A stretch of 64,000 nucleotides of DNA from an uncultured Alphaproteobacteria bacterium (GTDB taxonomy: Bacteria > Pseudomonadota > Alphaproteobacteria > Rs-D84). Shown here piece after piece: positions 38,697 through 48,606 of the stretch (its first letter is position 1; each line of letters opens with the position of its first letter). The stretch lies in the NCBI GenBank assembly GCA_944389595.1, contig CALXMY010000001.1:179-64178 (forward strand), given 5' to 3'. A program made the translations under genes and the position numbers. The notes beneath the pieces were generated by a model. That model had not been told where the DNA came from, did not search any database, and was given only the letters and a program-made list of their open reading frames with translations.

Positions 38697-41441
38697 ATGT
38701 CAGACACAAATAATATCAATGAAATAAATGAAATCAAAATTCCACAGTCATCGTTGGAACATGAAATGCGCACCAGTTTTTTGGACTATGCCATGTCGGT
38801 TATTGTTGACCGTGCATTGCCCGATGTTCGCGACGGGTGTAAACCGGTGCATCGGCGTATTTTGTACGTTATGAACGATGTTGCGCCGGCAAACAAACCA
38901 ACGGTTAAATCTGCACGTATTGTTGGTGATGTTATGGGTAAATATCACCCGCATGGCGACAGTTCTATATACGAGGCCATGGTCCGCATGGGCCAGGATT
39001 TTTCCATGGGTGAAATGTTGGTCCAGGGCCAGGGTAACTTTGGTTCGCGCGACGGGGACAAGGCCGCAGCCATGCGTTATACCGAAGCGCGTCTGTCAAA
39101 ATTGGGTGCGTCCATGATGGACGATATGGACAAAGATACAGTTGATTGGCAACCGAATTTTGATGGTACATTACAGGAACCTGTTGTTTTGCCAACCAAG
39201 TTCCCAAACTTTTTGGTAAACGGTGGTTCGGGTATTGCGGTGGGTATGGCCACAAATGTGCCGACATATAATTTGGGTGAAATATGCAACGGGATTTTGG
39301 CGATTTTGAACAATCCGCAAATGTCCGATGACGAATTGTTTTCAATCATTCCGGGACCTGATTTCCCAACGGGTGCGATTATTATGGGGCGCGCCGGCGC
39401 GTACAAGGCGCATACCACAGGTCGCGGTTCGATAATTGTTCGTGCGAAAACGCATATGGAAACTTTTCATGATCACCCGGCAATTGTTGTTGATGAAATT
39501 CCGTACCAGGTAAATAAATCGCAATTGATTATGAAAATTGCCGAACTTAGCAAGGACAAACGTATCGAAGGTATCGCCGAAATTCGTGATGAATCATCCA
39601 AGGAAGGGTTGCGTATTGTTATTGAATTAAAGCGCGACGCAATCCCGGACGTTGTGTTAAATCATTTGTTCCAATATACGGAAATGCAAACGAATTTCCC
39701 GGTGAATATGATGGCATTAAACCGTGGACGGCCGATGCTGTTTAACGTTCGCGGTGTATTGGATGCGTTCATTGATTTTCGGTGCGAGGTTATTCGTCGT
39801 CGTACGATTTTTGATTTAAATCGTGCGCGCAATCGTGCGCATACGTTGTTGGGATTGTCGGTTGCGGTTGGCAATCTGGACGAAGTTATTGAATTAATTA
39901 AATCCAGTGCAAATCCGGATGCTGCACGCGAAGCGTTGGTTTCACGCGGGTGGCGTGCATCTGATATTGAAAACTATATTCAATTAATTGATGACCCAAA
40001 TACGGAATACAAAGATGGCATGTTTTATATGTCTGATGACCAGGCGCGCGCCATTTTGGAATTACAATTGCATCGTTTAACCGGATTGGAACGTGATAAA
40101 TTGCATGCGGATTTGGTTGATTTAGGTGCCCAGATAAAAGATTTACTGGACATTTTGGGCAGTCATGCGCGTATTATTCAAATTATTCGCGAAGAAACAA
40201 CAATGGTCCGCGATAATTGGGCCAGCCCGCGCCGCACGGAAATATCAGATGCCGAAATAGATATTGATATAGAGGATTTAATCGCGCGCGAGGATATGGT
40301 TATAACTGTTTCAAATACCGGGTATATTAAACGTGTGTCATTGGATACATACCGTGCACAAAAGCGCGGTGGCAAGGGTCGCAATGCCATGACCACCAAG
40401 GATGACGATTATGTAATTCAGGTGTTTGTTGCAAATACTCATACGCCGCTGTTATTCTTCAGTTCGCGCGGGTTATGCTATAAATTAAAAACATATAAAT
40501 TACCCGAAGCTGCCGCCGCGGCCAAGGGACGACCACTGGTAAATTTGTTGCCGTTACAAACCGGCGAAACAATTACCGCGATTTTACCAGTACCCGAAGA
40601 AGATGTTGCCGCCGCACGTGCATCGGGCAAAGAACATTTCTTGATGTTTGCAACTGCGTCTGGAACGGTGCGTCGTAATCGTATGTCCGATTTTGATTCG
40701 ATTCGTGCGAACGGTAAAATCGCAATGAAATTGGATGATGGCGACAGTTTGATTTCTGTGCTGCCGTGTACAGATGACCAGGATGTATTCCTGGCAACAT
40801 ATCGTGGGCGGTGTATACGTTTCCCTGTGTCGGAAATACGCGTCTTTGCGGGGCGTAATTCAACCGGCGTGCGCGGTATGACATTGGCCACAGACGATAA
40901 AATTATTGGTATGGCGATGTTAACGCATGGTGAATCTGATGCCGCTGTGCGTGCCGCATATGTAAAACAATCGCGTGCCGCACGTCGTGCCGCAACAGGC
41001 ATAGAAGAGGAATCAGACGACGAAGAAGACGTAACAAACGTAACATTAACCGATGAACAAATGGCAAAAATGGCCGCGGACGAGCAGTTTATATTAACTG
41101 TATCTGAAAACGGGTTTGGTAAACGTACATCGTCGTACGAATATCGCACAACACACCGTGGTGGTGGCGGTTTTGCGAATATTAAATTGGGCGGAAAAAA
41201 TACTGCTGTGGCGGGGTCTTTCCCGGTGGCCGATGATAACGATATTATCATGGTAACAGACGGCGGAAAAATTATACGTACGCCTGTGCGCGATGTGCGC
41301 ATTGCTGGGCGCAGCACCGCGGGCGTTACACTGTTCCGTACGGCCGAAAATGAAAAGGTTGTATCCGCAATATCAATCCTGAGTGACGAAGGCGAAGCGG
41401 CCGAGGTTGAACATGATGCCGCCGAATATGGGGCACAATAA
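38697..41441 (+). CDS. gyrA: DNA gyrase subunit A
   Basis: AGGGGA SD; MSDTNN...[34 protein letters not shown]; catalytic Tyr region [10 protein letters not shown]; C-terminal beta-pinwheel repeats. Confidence 0.9.
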   Translation: MSDTNNINEINEIKIPQSSLEHEMRTSFLDYAMSVIVDRALPDVRDGCKPVHRRILYVMNDVAPANKPTVKSARIVGDVMGKYHPHGDSSIYEAMVRMGQDFSMGEMLVQGQGNFGSRDGDKAAAMRYTEARLSKLGASMMDDMDKDTVDWQPNFDGTLQEPVVLPTKFPNFLVNGGSGIAVGMATNVPTYNLGEICNGILAILNNPQMSDDELFSIIPGPDFPTGAIIMGRAGAYKAHTTGRGSIIVRAKTHMETFHDHPAIVVDEIPYQVNKSQLIMKIAELSKDKRIEGIAEIRDESSKEGLRIVIELKRDAIPDVVLNHLFQYTEMQTNFPVNMMALNRGRPMLFNVRGVLDAFIDFRCEVIRRRTIFDLNRARNRAHTLLGLSVAVGNLDEVIELIKSSANPDAAREALVSRGWRASDIENYIQLIDDPNTEYKDGMFYMSDDQARAILELQLHRLTGLERDKLHADLVDLGAQIKDLLDILGSHARIIQIIREETTMVRDNWASPRRTEISDAEIDIDIEDLIAREDMVITVSNTGYIKRVSLDTYRAQKRGGKGRNAMTTKDDDYVIQVFVANTHTPLLFFSSRGLCYKLKTYKLPEAAAAAKGRPLVNLLPLQTGETITAILPVPEEDVAAARASGKEHFLMFATASGTVRRNRMSDFDSIRANGKIAMKLDDGDSLISVLPCTDDQDVFLATYRGRCIRFPVSEIRVFAGRNSTGVRGMTLATDDKIIGMAMLTHGESDAAVRAAYVKQSRAARRAATGIEEESDDEEDVTNVTLTDEQMAKMAADEQFILTVSENGFGKRTSSYEYRTTHRGGGGFANIKLGGKNTAVAGSFPVADDNDIIMVTDGGKIIRTPVRDVRIAGRSTAGVTLFRTAENEKVVSAISILSDEGEAAEVEHDAAEYGAQ

Positions 41442-41454
41442 AAACGGGGTCGGC

Positions 41455-41859
41455 ATGGATAATGAATATTTTGCATCAATAAACGAGGTATCAAAACGTT
41501 TGTCCGTGCCGGCATATACGTTGCGTTATTGGGAAAAGCAATTCCCCGTGGCAATTCGTCCAACAACGGGGGCCGGTGGGCGACGTTATTATCGGGCGGA
41601 AACGATTGACCGATTGGTTATAATTCGCGATTTGTTGTATAAACATGGTATGACCATAGCGGGGGTCAAAAAATTATTGCGCGACGGAAATTTCCCCGCA
41701 TCATCAGATGAATTTATATCCGCATCAAATGATGGTGGAACGCAATCTGTTATGCAGGCCCAGCCGGATGTTTCGCCAAAAACTAATACAAACGCCGCGC
41801 AAATTGATACGGCAATATCTATGCTGGAACAGGCATGCGATTTATTAAAAAATGTTTAA
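41455..41859 (+). CDS. MerR-family transcriptional regulator
   Basis: HTH INEVSKRLSVPAYTLRYWEKQF; start set to ATG after gyrA stop. Confidence 0.6.
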   Translation: MDNEYFASINEVSKRLSVPAYTLRYWEKQFPVAIRPTTGAGGRRYYRAETIDRLVIIRDLLYKHGMTIAGVKKLLRDGNFPASSDEFISASNDGGTQSVMQAQPDVSPKTNTNAAQIDTAISMLEQACDLLKNV

Positions 41860-41862
41860 TAA

Positions 41863-41890
41863 AAAATGCGCCAACGGCGCATTTTTTTAT
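41863..41890. terminator. bidirectional terminator hairpin
   Basis: AAAAAATGCGCCAACGGCGCATTTTTTTA. Confidence 0.7.
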
Positions 41891-42504
41891 TTTTGATTTT
41901 CCTGTTTGGATTTTAATGTTTTTAATCTTTTTTCATAAAATTTCATCAAAGTCGTGTTTACATCATTTTTGAATTTTTGTGTGTTGTTTTGTATACGTTT
42001 ATGCCATGTGGTCGTATCCAAATATTTTCTATACGCGGCACTGTCCGCAGCCAAATTATCAATTTCGGCGTTTACGTTTCGTAAATAATCCGTTGCGTGG
42101 CTTAATGGCCGGCTGTTGCGCAGTGCGGTGGTATATGTGGCATCCTTTATGGAATCGCGCGTTGCGTAAAATTTTTCTGCTGCTTCCTCTAGCGCAATTG
42201 TTTTATCAGATGATGCCATTGGTGTTGCGTTTATTTTTTTGCGCGCATCAGATAATTGCTGCATCGCATTTTTGTATTCCGTGGTATGCGGCAAAATGCT
42301 GTCCGCGTATCTCAGCGCGTTATTAAATGCTGTTTGATATTCCAATGTGGCATATGGCAAAACAGTATTACGCATATGGTCCAATTTACCCTGGTCAAAA
42401 CTTTTTGCGTCATATGATGCGATATATGCCGCAATGAACATGGCAATAATCGCAAAAATGCAACATGTTATTTCTAATTTTTCCATTGGTGTTTTTTTCG
42501 CCAT
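41887..42504 (-). CDS. hypothetical N-anchored helical protein
   Basis: 205 aa; single N-terminal TM then helical/coiled-coil domain. Confidence 0.45.
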   Translation of the reverse strand: MAKKTPMEKLEITCCIFAIIAMFIAAYIASYDAKSFDQGKLDHMRNTVLPYATLEYQTAFNNALRYADSILPHTTEYKNAMQQLSDARKKINATPMASSDKTIALEEAAEKFYATRDSIKDATYTTALRNSRPLSHATDYLRNVNAEIDNLAADSAAYRKYLDTTTWHKRIQNNTQKFKNDVNTTLMKFYEKRLKTLKSKQENQK

Positions 42505-42519
42505 GTTAAGTCCTTTTTT

Positions 42520-43092
42520 TTATCTGTCTTTTTCGTTTATTTTTTGTTGCACAATGGCAGCACGCTTGTCAAAATATTTGGACAAATTCAGGTTTGCGTT
42601 TAACCGTGCCTCGCGCCAACGTTGACCTAATGTGACAGAATCATTATATTTTAAGTATTGTTCAATTTGTTTTACCCTGTTTCTTGATGCATCTAATCGC
42701 AGTTTTGCTTTTTGCAAATCACGATTATTATGAATGTATTGATTCTGCAATTCGCTGTTTAATGAATCAATTTTGCGTTCCAGAGAATCGCTTTTATTAA
42801 TGTTGCCACGTTTAATTTCGTCATAAAATTGATTTAATAATCTCATGTATGTCGTATCTTGTTTTAATGTGTCATAGCTACGATTAATAACCGTATCATA
42901 CACCAGTTGATAATTCTCTTCCGAATGATACAGATTTTCGCGCGCTAAATCCAGGTCGTGTTGATTCGCTGGCATATCAGTTGCGTACGCGAATATTGCA
43001 ATCGCACCTATCACGGTTGTGCCGGCAAACATTGCCGCCCCTGCAACGTGTTTCCCGAACTTTTTAATATTTAATTTTTTTTGTTCAGACAT
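42520..43092 (-). CDS. hypothetical N-anchored helical protein (same architecture as neighbour)
   Basis: approx 190 aa from ATG 43092; single TM then coiled-coil domain. Confidence 0.45.
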   Translation of the reverse strand: MSEQKKLNIKKFGKHVAGAAMFAGTTVIGAIAIFAYATDMPANQHDLDLARENLYHSEENYQLVYDTVINRSYDTLKQDTTYMRLLNQFYDEIKRGNINKSDSLERKIDSLNSELQNQYIHNNRDLQKAKLRLDASRNRVKQIEQYLKYNDSVTLGQRWREARLNANLNLSKYFDKRAAIVQQKINEKDR

Positions 43093-43196
43093 AATAATTC
43101 CTTTTGCTTTTTCCCATAACAATATAGTACAAAATATAATATTGTCAATATATAAAATGAAAAAAATATTTTTCTCGTGTTATGGGAAAAATATTT

Positions 43197-43271
43197 TGGC
43201 AGTCCCAACGGGAATCGAACCCGTGTTACCGGAATGAGAATCCGATGTCCTAACCGCTAGACGATGGGACC
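43197..43271 (-). tRNA. tRNA-Glu (anticodon CTC as read)
   Basis: own fold: acceptor GGTCCCA/TGGGACT, D-arm TCGTCTAGCGGTTAGGACA, anticodon stem TCGGA/TCCGG with loop TTCTCAT, T-arm GGGTTCGATTCCC, discriminator G, CCA encoded. Confidence 0.75.
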
Positions 43272-43617
43272 AACGCCGTATATATTACAAATTATTTCCC
43301 ATTTTGCAAATGGTAAATGTATTGGGGCTGTGTGTGGGGCGATAATTTCGCGTATCAACATATTTAATGAAAAATATTGGGGTGGAAATTCTGGTGGCGG
43401 AATATTTGATAATAAGGGTGATATAATGGGAATTCATGTATGGGGCAAGCCTATAATTGGTGGTGAAAATCACGCAGGCAGCGCGGGTGGAATAAATCTG
43501 CAGATATCTGCATGGGATGGAATGAAAAGAAATGTAAAAGGTAATCTGCAAAATATAGTTGATGCTATAAAAGTTAATGATATAACAGTTAACGGTAAAG
43601 AAGTTGAAAGTATGTAA
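43264..43617 (+). pseudogene. C-terminal remnant of trypsin-like (S1) serine peptidase
   Basis: GNSGGGIFDNKGDIMGIHVWG matches the catalytic-Ser segment (GDSGGP-like) of the S1 fold; no room for His/Asp-bearing N-terminal half because ORF begins inside tRNA-Glu. Confidence 0.4.
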
Positions 43618-43656
43618 AAAGTGTTTTTTTATTTTTTTACCAAGGGGGGTTAAATT

Positions 43657-44028
43657 ATGAAAAAAGAAACAAAGGTCACGAAGTTAAAAATTGCTGGTAT
43701 AACTGCTTTGGTTGCGGGTGTGCTGGCGGCCGGTGGAATCGCATACAATAATTTTGCAAATTCCGAGAAAGATTCCGATAAAAAATTGGAAATCAACACG
43801 TCTAAATTAACTGTAAAGCAAATGCAGGATTTTATCCATGAATCAGATATTGCACTGGCACGTTTGCAAGGCGTTATTGATTCTGATACCGCCAATCCCG
43901 AAGAAAAATTCGAAGCACGTCGTGCATATAACAATATAAGTGTTGAGCGTGATAAAATGCGGAACGAATTACAAAAACGCCAACAAAAAACAATTGATTT
44001 TGATACAGTTCGTACGAACCATAGGTAA
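43657..44028 (+). CDS. hypothetical membrane-anchored protein
   Basis: 123 aa, N-terminal TM, GGGG SD. Confidence 0.4.
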   Translation: MKKETKVTKLKIAGITALVAGVLAAGGIAYNNFANSEKDSDKKLEINTSKLTVKQMQDFIHESDIALARLQGVIDSDTANPEEKFEARRAYNNISVERDKMRNELQKRQQKTIDFDTVRTNHR

Positions 44029-44134
44029 TGGTTGCGTTATCATAGTGCTAAATAGGCATCCCGCGGGTGTTGCGGGGCAAAAAAATCGCCCCATGTGGGC
44101 GATTTATAAACATTGCATTTATGTTAAGCGTATA

Positions 44135-44899
44135 TCAGCGTTTAATATTCTTTTCTTCTAATAAACGTAACATTTGTTTTACGGTCTCTTTGACATAAAA
44201 CGGTTCTATGATATTTGCCTCTATGCCATAATAATCTGGTTTGAATGTCAAACCGGCGGCGGCGACAAATTTTTCCAATGCCTTTGGATCCAATGCCAAT
44301 GTTATGCCCTCTTTGCGGTCATAGATAGTGTATATCATATCACGCATATTTTTTTGCAGACTGTTTAATTTTTTTGCAATAACGCTTTCGTCTTCTTGGA
44401 TATATTTTTGTAAAGCGTTCGGGGTCAGCCCACTATGTTTTGTCAGGGGGCCCCCAATATTATCTTTTAGATTCAAATTGGAATTCCCAAGCAACCAATC
44501 GATAGAATCCGCAAAAACATAATATGATGGCGACCGAAATGTAATGGCTTTTTTTGCCCCCGGTAAACGGCTTTTGTACAGTTTTGCCAATGTATAGGCG
44601 ATGTATTCGGGGGTACTGTTTATATAGTATTTTGCCAGTACATTAACATCAAATATATAGCGTTCAGGATTCAACGGTTTTTCGTGTTTTCGTAATTTTG
44701 CTATTTTACAAAATTCATCCAGAAAACTTTTATGTAAACACAAATGTAATTCGCCGTCAACAAGCCATGTGCGAATAACGTTGGGCATATATGTTTGATA
44801 ACGTTTCAGCAAATCATCGAAACTTTGCTTTGTATAAACAATATACAATCCTAACTCGTCAGGTGACAGCCAATTTTCTGGTTTGCGTTTTATATACAT
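44135..44899 (-). CDS. hypothetical protein
   Basis: approx 254 aa from ATG 44899 (track ORF extends to 45067); no family recognised. Confidence 0.45.
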   Translation of the reverse strand: MYIKRKPENWLSPDELGLYIVYTKQSFDDLLKRYQTYMPNVIRTWLVDGELHLCLHKSFLDEFCKIAKLRKHEKPLNPERYIFDVNVLAKYYINSTPEYIAYTLAKLYKSRLPGAKKAITFRSPSYYVFADSIDWLLGNSNLNLKDNIGGPLTKHSGLTPNALQKYIQEDESVIAKKLNSLQKNMRDMIYTIYDRKEGITLALDPKALEKFVAAAGLTFKPDYYGIEANIIEPFYVKETVKQMLRLLEEKNIKR

Positions 44900-45184
44900 A
44901 ACAAATCCTTTTTTATTATATTTTGGGGCCATAATATCACAAAAACAAGATTTGTCAATATGTTTTTTGGGATGTTTACAAATCTTTAACAAATATTTCC
45001 CATTTTGTAAATGGTAGAGTGTTTTATTGCGCGTTCCGGTCAATACCAGGAAACATGCAAACAACATAATATAAAATTTATTGATACATCAGATGGTATT
45101 CTGACCGCTTTGGGTGATTATATGAATATAACATCGTGCATTTTTTTGTATGAATCTTTCAGAAAAGTTGGTATAATAAACCAC

Positions 45185-46927
45185 ATGAATTTCCCAACCA
45201 GCCTGAACGGTTTTTTTAAGTTAATTTTCAAGACTTTCCCCGTTTGGTTAATTTCTTTATTTGTTATTTCGATATTATATCGTTCGGCAACGAATATATC
45301 TTGGCCTTTTGTTAACAAGTGGATTGTAGAGATGTTTGAATCTGCGACCACTGGTGTTTTTTCCTGGGTGTTTTGGGCAATTGTGGGGATGTTTGCTGCA
45401 ACGCTTATATTTGGGATATTGGAAAAACTTTTAACAGGATGGTTTTTGCCGTATTTGTCGAAATATATAAACCAAACGTTATACGAGTATATTTATCAAA
45501 ACGACACAGATTTTTTTATTAACCAACCCGCAGGTCAAACGTCCAGTTACGTTGCAAAAATATGCGGTAATTTTATATCATTGACCATCAGTACCGCCAT
45601 TCAGATAACTGGCTTTGTTTTATCGTTGGTGTTTGTTTTGGGTACGATTTTAACGATGGATGTGTATCTGGCGTTAATAATATTTGTCATTGTTGCCGTT
45701 CGCGGTGCATGGCAATTATGGATGCAACGCAAAATAAACAAACAGAAAAAAATCCAGGTGGAAAAGCAGTCCCGGGTTTCTGGTTACAGAATAGACAGTC
45801 TTACCAATGCATTGAATATAAAAATGTTCGGCAATACAGCGGATGAAAATAAATTTATTTGGAAAAAACAAATGGATTTATTAAAAACAGACCGACATAT
45901 TTTTAAGTTGGATTTATTGCGTTCTATACCATCTAATATTATCTGGTTGGTGATGCAGATATTTATAATATTATTTGCTGTATTTATGATTTTTGATGGA
46001 CAAATTACAATTTCTGATGGCGTATTTGTCGTTACGGGGGCGCGATCTTTTGGGTCGCAATTGTCAAGTGTTTTTCTGTTAATACAATCGTATTCAGAAA
46101 CCAAGACCGAGGCCACCAAGGCATATAACAGCGTTATCGTTCCACAAACAATTGCTGATAAACCAAATGCGAAACGTTTGGTAAAACAAAAATCTGAAAT
46201 AGTTTTTGATAATGTATCATTTACATACAAAAATGGTAAAAAGGTTTTGAAAAATTTTAATTTAACTGTCGCGCCAAATGAAAAATTGGGAATAGTTGGA
46301 TTATCGGGTTCGGGTAAAACAACGCTGATAAATTTGTTATTACGGATGTATGATGTTGATACCGGTGCAATAAAAATAAATGGCAGGGATATTCGGGATT
46401 TGATTCAAAATTCACTGCATAAAAATATCAGCATTGTTCCCCAAGATGTGACATTGTTCAATCGAACGATATTGGAAAATATACGCTATGGCGCGCCAAA
46501 TGCGTCCAAGTCCGATGTGATTCGGGCCGCTAAACACGCATATATTCATGATTTTATTATGGGGCTGCCAAATGGTTATGATACATTGGTTGGGAATCGT
46601 GGTGTAAAATTATCTGGTGGCCAGCGTCAAAGGGTCGCGATTGCGCGTGCAATATTAAAAGATGCGCCAATCTTGGTGTTTGACGAGGCCACATCTGCAT
46701 TGGATTCAGAAAGTGAAAAATATATTCAAAACGCATTAAATCGTATTATGCACGGCAAAACCGCCATAGTTATCGCACATAGGTTGTCGACATTGCGTAA
46801 TATGACCAGGATTGTTGTAATTCAGAACGGAAAAATTGTCGAGACCGGAACCCACAAACAATTATTGCGTGCAAATGGTGCATACAGAAAATTGTGGAAT
46901 ATGCAAACAGATGGATTCGTGGGATAA
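45185..46927 (+). CDS. ABC exporter, fused permease/ATPase (MsbA-like)
   Basis: 6-TM N-terminal domain; Walker A GLSGSGKTT, signature LSGGQRQR, Walker B ILVFDEATSALD, H-loop; start chosen downstream of overlapping minus-strand gene. Confidence 0.8.
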   Translation: MNFPTSLNGFFKLIFKTFPVWLISLFVISILYRSATNISWPFVNKWIVEMFESATTGVFSWVFWAIVGMFAATLIFGILEKLLTGWFLPYLSKYINQTLYEYIYQNDTDFFINQPAGQTSSYVAKICGNFISLTISTAIQITGFVLSLVFVLGTILTMDVYLALIIFVIVAVRGAWQLWMQRKINKQKKIQVEKQSRVSGYRIDSLTNALNIKMFGNTADENKFIWKKQMDLLKTDRHIFKLDLLRSIPSNIIWLVMQIFIILFAVFMIFDGQITISDGVFVVTGARSFGSQLSSVFLLIQSYSETKTEATKAYNSVIVPQTIADKPNAKRLVKQKSEIVFDNVSFTYKNGKKVLKNFNLTVAPNEKLGIVGLSGSGKTTLINLLLRMYDVDTGAIKINGRDIRDLIQNSLHKNISIVPQDVTLFNRTILENIRYGAPNASKSDVIRAAKHAYIHDFIMGLPNGYDTLVGNRGVKLSGGQRQRVAIARAILKDAPILVFDEATSALDSESEKYIQNALNRIMHGKTAIVIAHRLSTLRNMTRIVVIQNGKIVETGTHKQLLRANGAYRKLWNMQTDGFVG

Positions 46928-47018
46928 TATAATGATTTCAAATCAGGTCTTAATGCGAACAGACACCACGCATCACCAGATTTAATGAAAAATATTGGTG
47001 TGGAAATTCAGGGGTGAC

Positions 47019-47639
47019 TTAATCATTTTGTTTATTGAATGATCGTTGTAATATATTCCTTGATGGCTGTTGTTTTATTAAATCTGCAATATCAACACGA
47101 TGGTATTTTCCATCTGATATCGCTTGCCGCATTTCTGACTGTAAATTATCGTTTGTGGATGTGCCGGGTTTGTTTTTCAACGGTTCGTTTAACTCATATA
47201 TTTTATACCCCATTTTTCTTAATTCCGCGAATGTATTATATGTTTCGCGCCCGGATATTTTAATGGGCTTGGTTGAATAATATTCTGTGCCCCGGTCATG
47301 AATAAATGGCGCGTTTGTTGGTTCATACACAGTATAAAGATAAAATTCTGGTTTGATATTTTTTGCCAGACGCTCGAAAAATATTTTTCTGTCCCCCGTT
47401 TTTTGTGTATAATCGTACTTCACTTGGCCCCGGCCGGATAAACATTTTACCAACGCAAAAAATTTGGCATATTCCGCATGATCTGTAACAAATGCGCCAG
47501 TTACACGTTTGTTTTGTACGCTGTTAAATTGTTCCCTTGGTTGCAAAAAATCACCATGAATTTGCGTGGCGGAACCGTGATAATATTTGCGCTTTGTGGT
47601 TAATTTTTTTATCCCACTCGAAAAAACGTTTTTGTTCAT
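47019..47639 (-). CDS. hypothetical protein, possible PARP-like (H-Y-E class) ADP-ribosyltransferase fold
   Basis: 206 aa; YYHGS ... VTGAFVTDHAEYAKFFA ... EFYLYTVYE resemble the HGS / aromatic / Y-x-V-Y-acid segments of the PARP-type ADP-ribosyltransferase core (weak, by eye). Confidence 0.35.
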   Translation of the reverse strand: MNKNVFSSGIKKLTTKRKYYHGSATQIHGDFLQPREQFNSVQNKRVTGAFVTDHAEYAKFFALVKCLSGRGQVKYDYTQKTGDRKIFFERLAKNIKPEFYLYTVYEPTNAPFIHDRGTEYYSTKPIKISGRETYNTFAELRKMGYKIYELNEPLKNKPGTSTNDNLQSEMRQAISDGKYHRVDIADLIKQQPSRNILQRSFNKQND

Positions 47640-47742
47640 AAAAATACTCCGGCATTTATGCTTAAATTATACAATAAAAATCGCAAAAATACACCAAAAT
47701 AGAAAATTTTCATAAAACCGGCTTTTGAATATACGATGCCAG

Positions 47743-47757
47743 GGGCGCACGGATTCC
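47743..47757. repeat. 15-bp direct repeat of tRNA-Gln 3' end
   Basis: GGGGCGCACGGATTC identical to 47920-47934 inside tRNA-Gln, 177 bp away, same orientation. Confidence 0.7.
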
Positions 47758-47889
47758 CTCGCACGGCGCGGGGCGACCGCGGGGAAACCGTAACGATTTG
47801 ACTGCGCGTGTGCTTGTCAAATCTACTTGTTTTCGAACCGGCAACCGTCGGTTGCGGGCCACGAACCGTGGCCACGAACCAAAAATAAA

Positions 47890-47915
47890 AACGCCACAGG
47901 GGCGTTTTAATTTTT
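47890..47915 (-). terminator. terminator hairpin after tRNA-Gln (AAAACGCCCC-tgtg-GCGTTTTT on minus strand)
   Basis: same AACGCCCC/GGGGCGTT stem family as ppdK, rplU and rpmA terminators. Confidence 0.6.
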
Positions 47916-47988
47916 GGTTGGGGCGCACGGATTCGAACCATGATAAAGAGAACCAAAATCTCTTGTCCTACCATTAGACGACACCCCA
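47915..47988 (-). tRNA. tRNA-Gln (anticodon TTG)
   Basis: own fold: TGGGGTGTCGTCTAATGGTAGGACAAGAGATTTTGGTTCTCTTTATCATGGTTCGAATCCGTGCGCCCCAACCA; acceptor TGGGGTG/CGCCCCA, anticodon loop TTTTGGT, CCA encoded. Confidence 0.8.
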
Positions 47989-48156
47989 AAAGCAAGTTGC
48001 ATTATATATGTATTTGATAATTTTGCAATAATATTTTTTATCAAATGTTGTTCAGGTAAAAATTTTTTTAAAATTTATTATTTTTCCACTTGCAATTTAT
48101 TTATTAAAACATATAATTATTCACGTTTTTAATAATTAACAGCCCGGGGGAATAAA

Positions 48157-48606
48157 ATGGCTCGTAAAGAATTTGTTAAATTATTTGAACAAAACGTCTT
48201 ATTATTCGACAGATTGTCTGATAAATTAAAGCGCGCGCCCGCGTTTTTGGCCGGTTTTCCGCGCCAGCAATTAAGTGTTTTGGTGCGTTTGCATTTGGGT
48301 GGGCCCGATTTGTTAAAGGAAATTGCGCGGCGCGAAATGTTGACTGCACCAAACCTGTGTGCGGTGTTTCGCAAATTGGAACGTGACGGTTTGGTTTTGC
48401 GTAAAATTGATGAAAAAGATCGTCGTAACACCTGGTATTCTGTGACCGAGGCCGGCGAAAAAGTTGCGACCCAGGCGATGGACGTAATGCGTAACGCAAT
48501 TGAAGATTTATTTGCGGGTATTTCACGCGAAGATGAAATGGCGTTAACGGGTGCAATGAAGACGATTAACAGTATCTTAACCAAAATGGAGTTAACAAAT
48601 GCATAA
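48157..48606 (+). CDS. MarR-family transcriptional regulator
   Basis: 149 aa winged-helix; precedes efflux operon; stop overlaps next gene. Confidence 0.7.
   Translation: MARKEFVKLFEQNVLLFDRLSDKLKRAPAFLAGFPRQQLSVLVRLHLGGPDLLKEIARREMLTAPNLCAVFRKLERDGLVLRKIDEKDRRNTWYSVTEAGEKVATQAMDVMRNAIEDLFAGISREDEMALTGAMKTINSILTKMELTNA

Noticed and set aside
43264-43617. Intact serine-protease gene
   Set aside because: The ORF starts inside tRNA-Glu and the catalytic-Ser motif lies 41-46 residues from its beginning. There is no space for the His/Asp half, so it was called a remnant rather than a functional CDS.
47758-47919. GC-rich 160-bp segment between the tRNA-Gln 3'-end direct repeats, with CGAACC-like strings: considered a second or degraded tRNA
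   Set aside because: No cloverleaf can be drawn (no D-arm/T-arm GTTCRA pairing, no anticodon stem). Kept only as part of the repeat/island finding.
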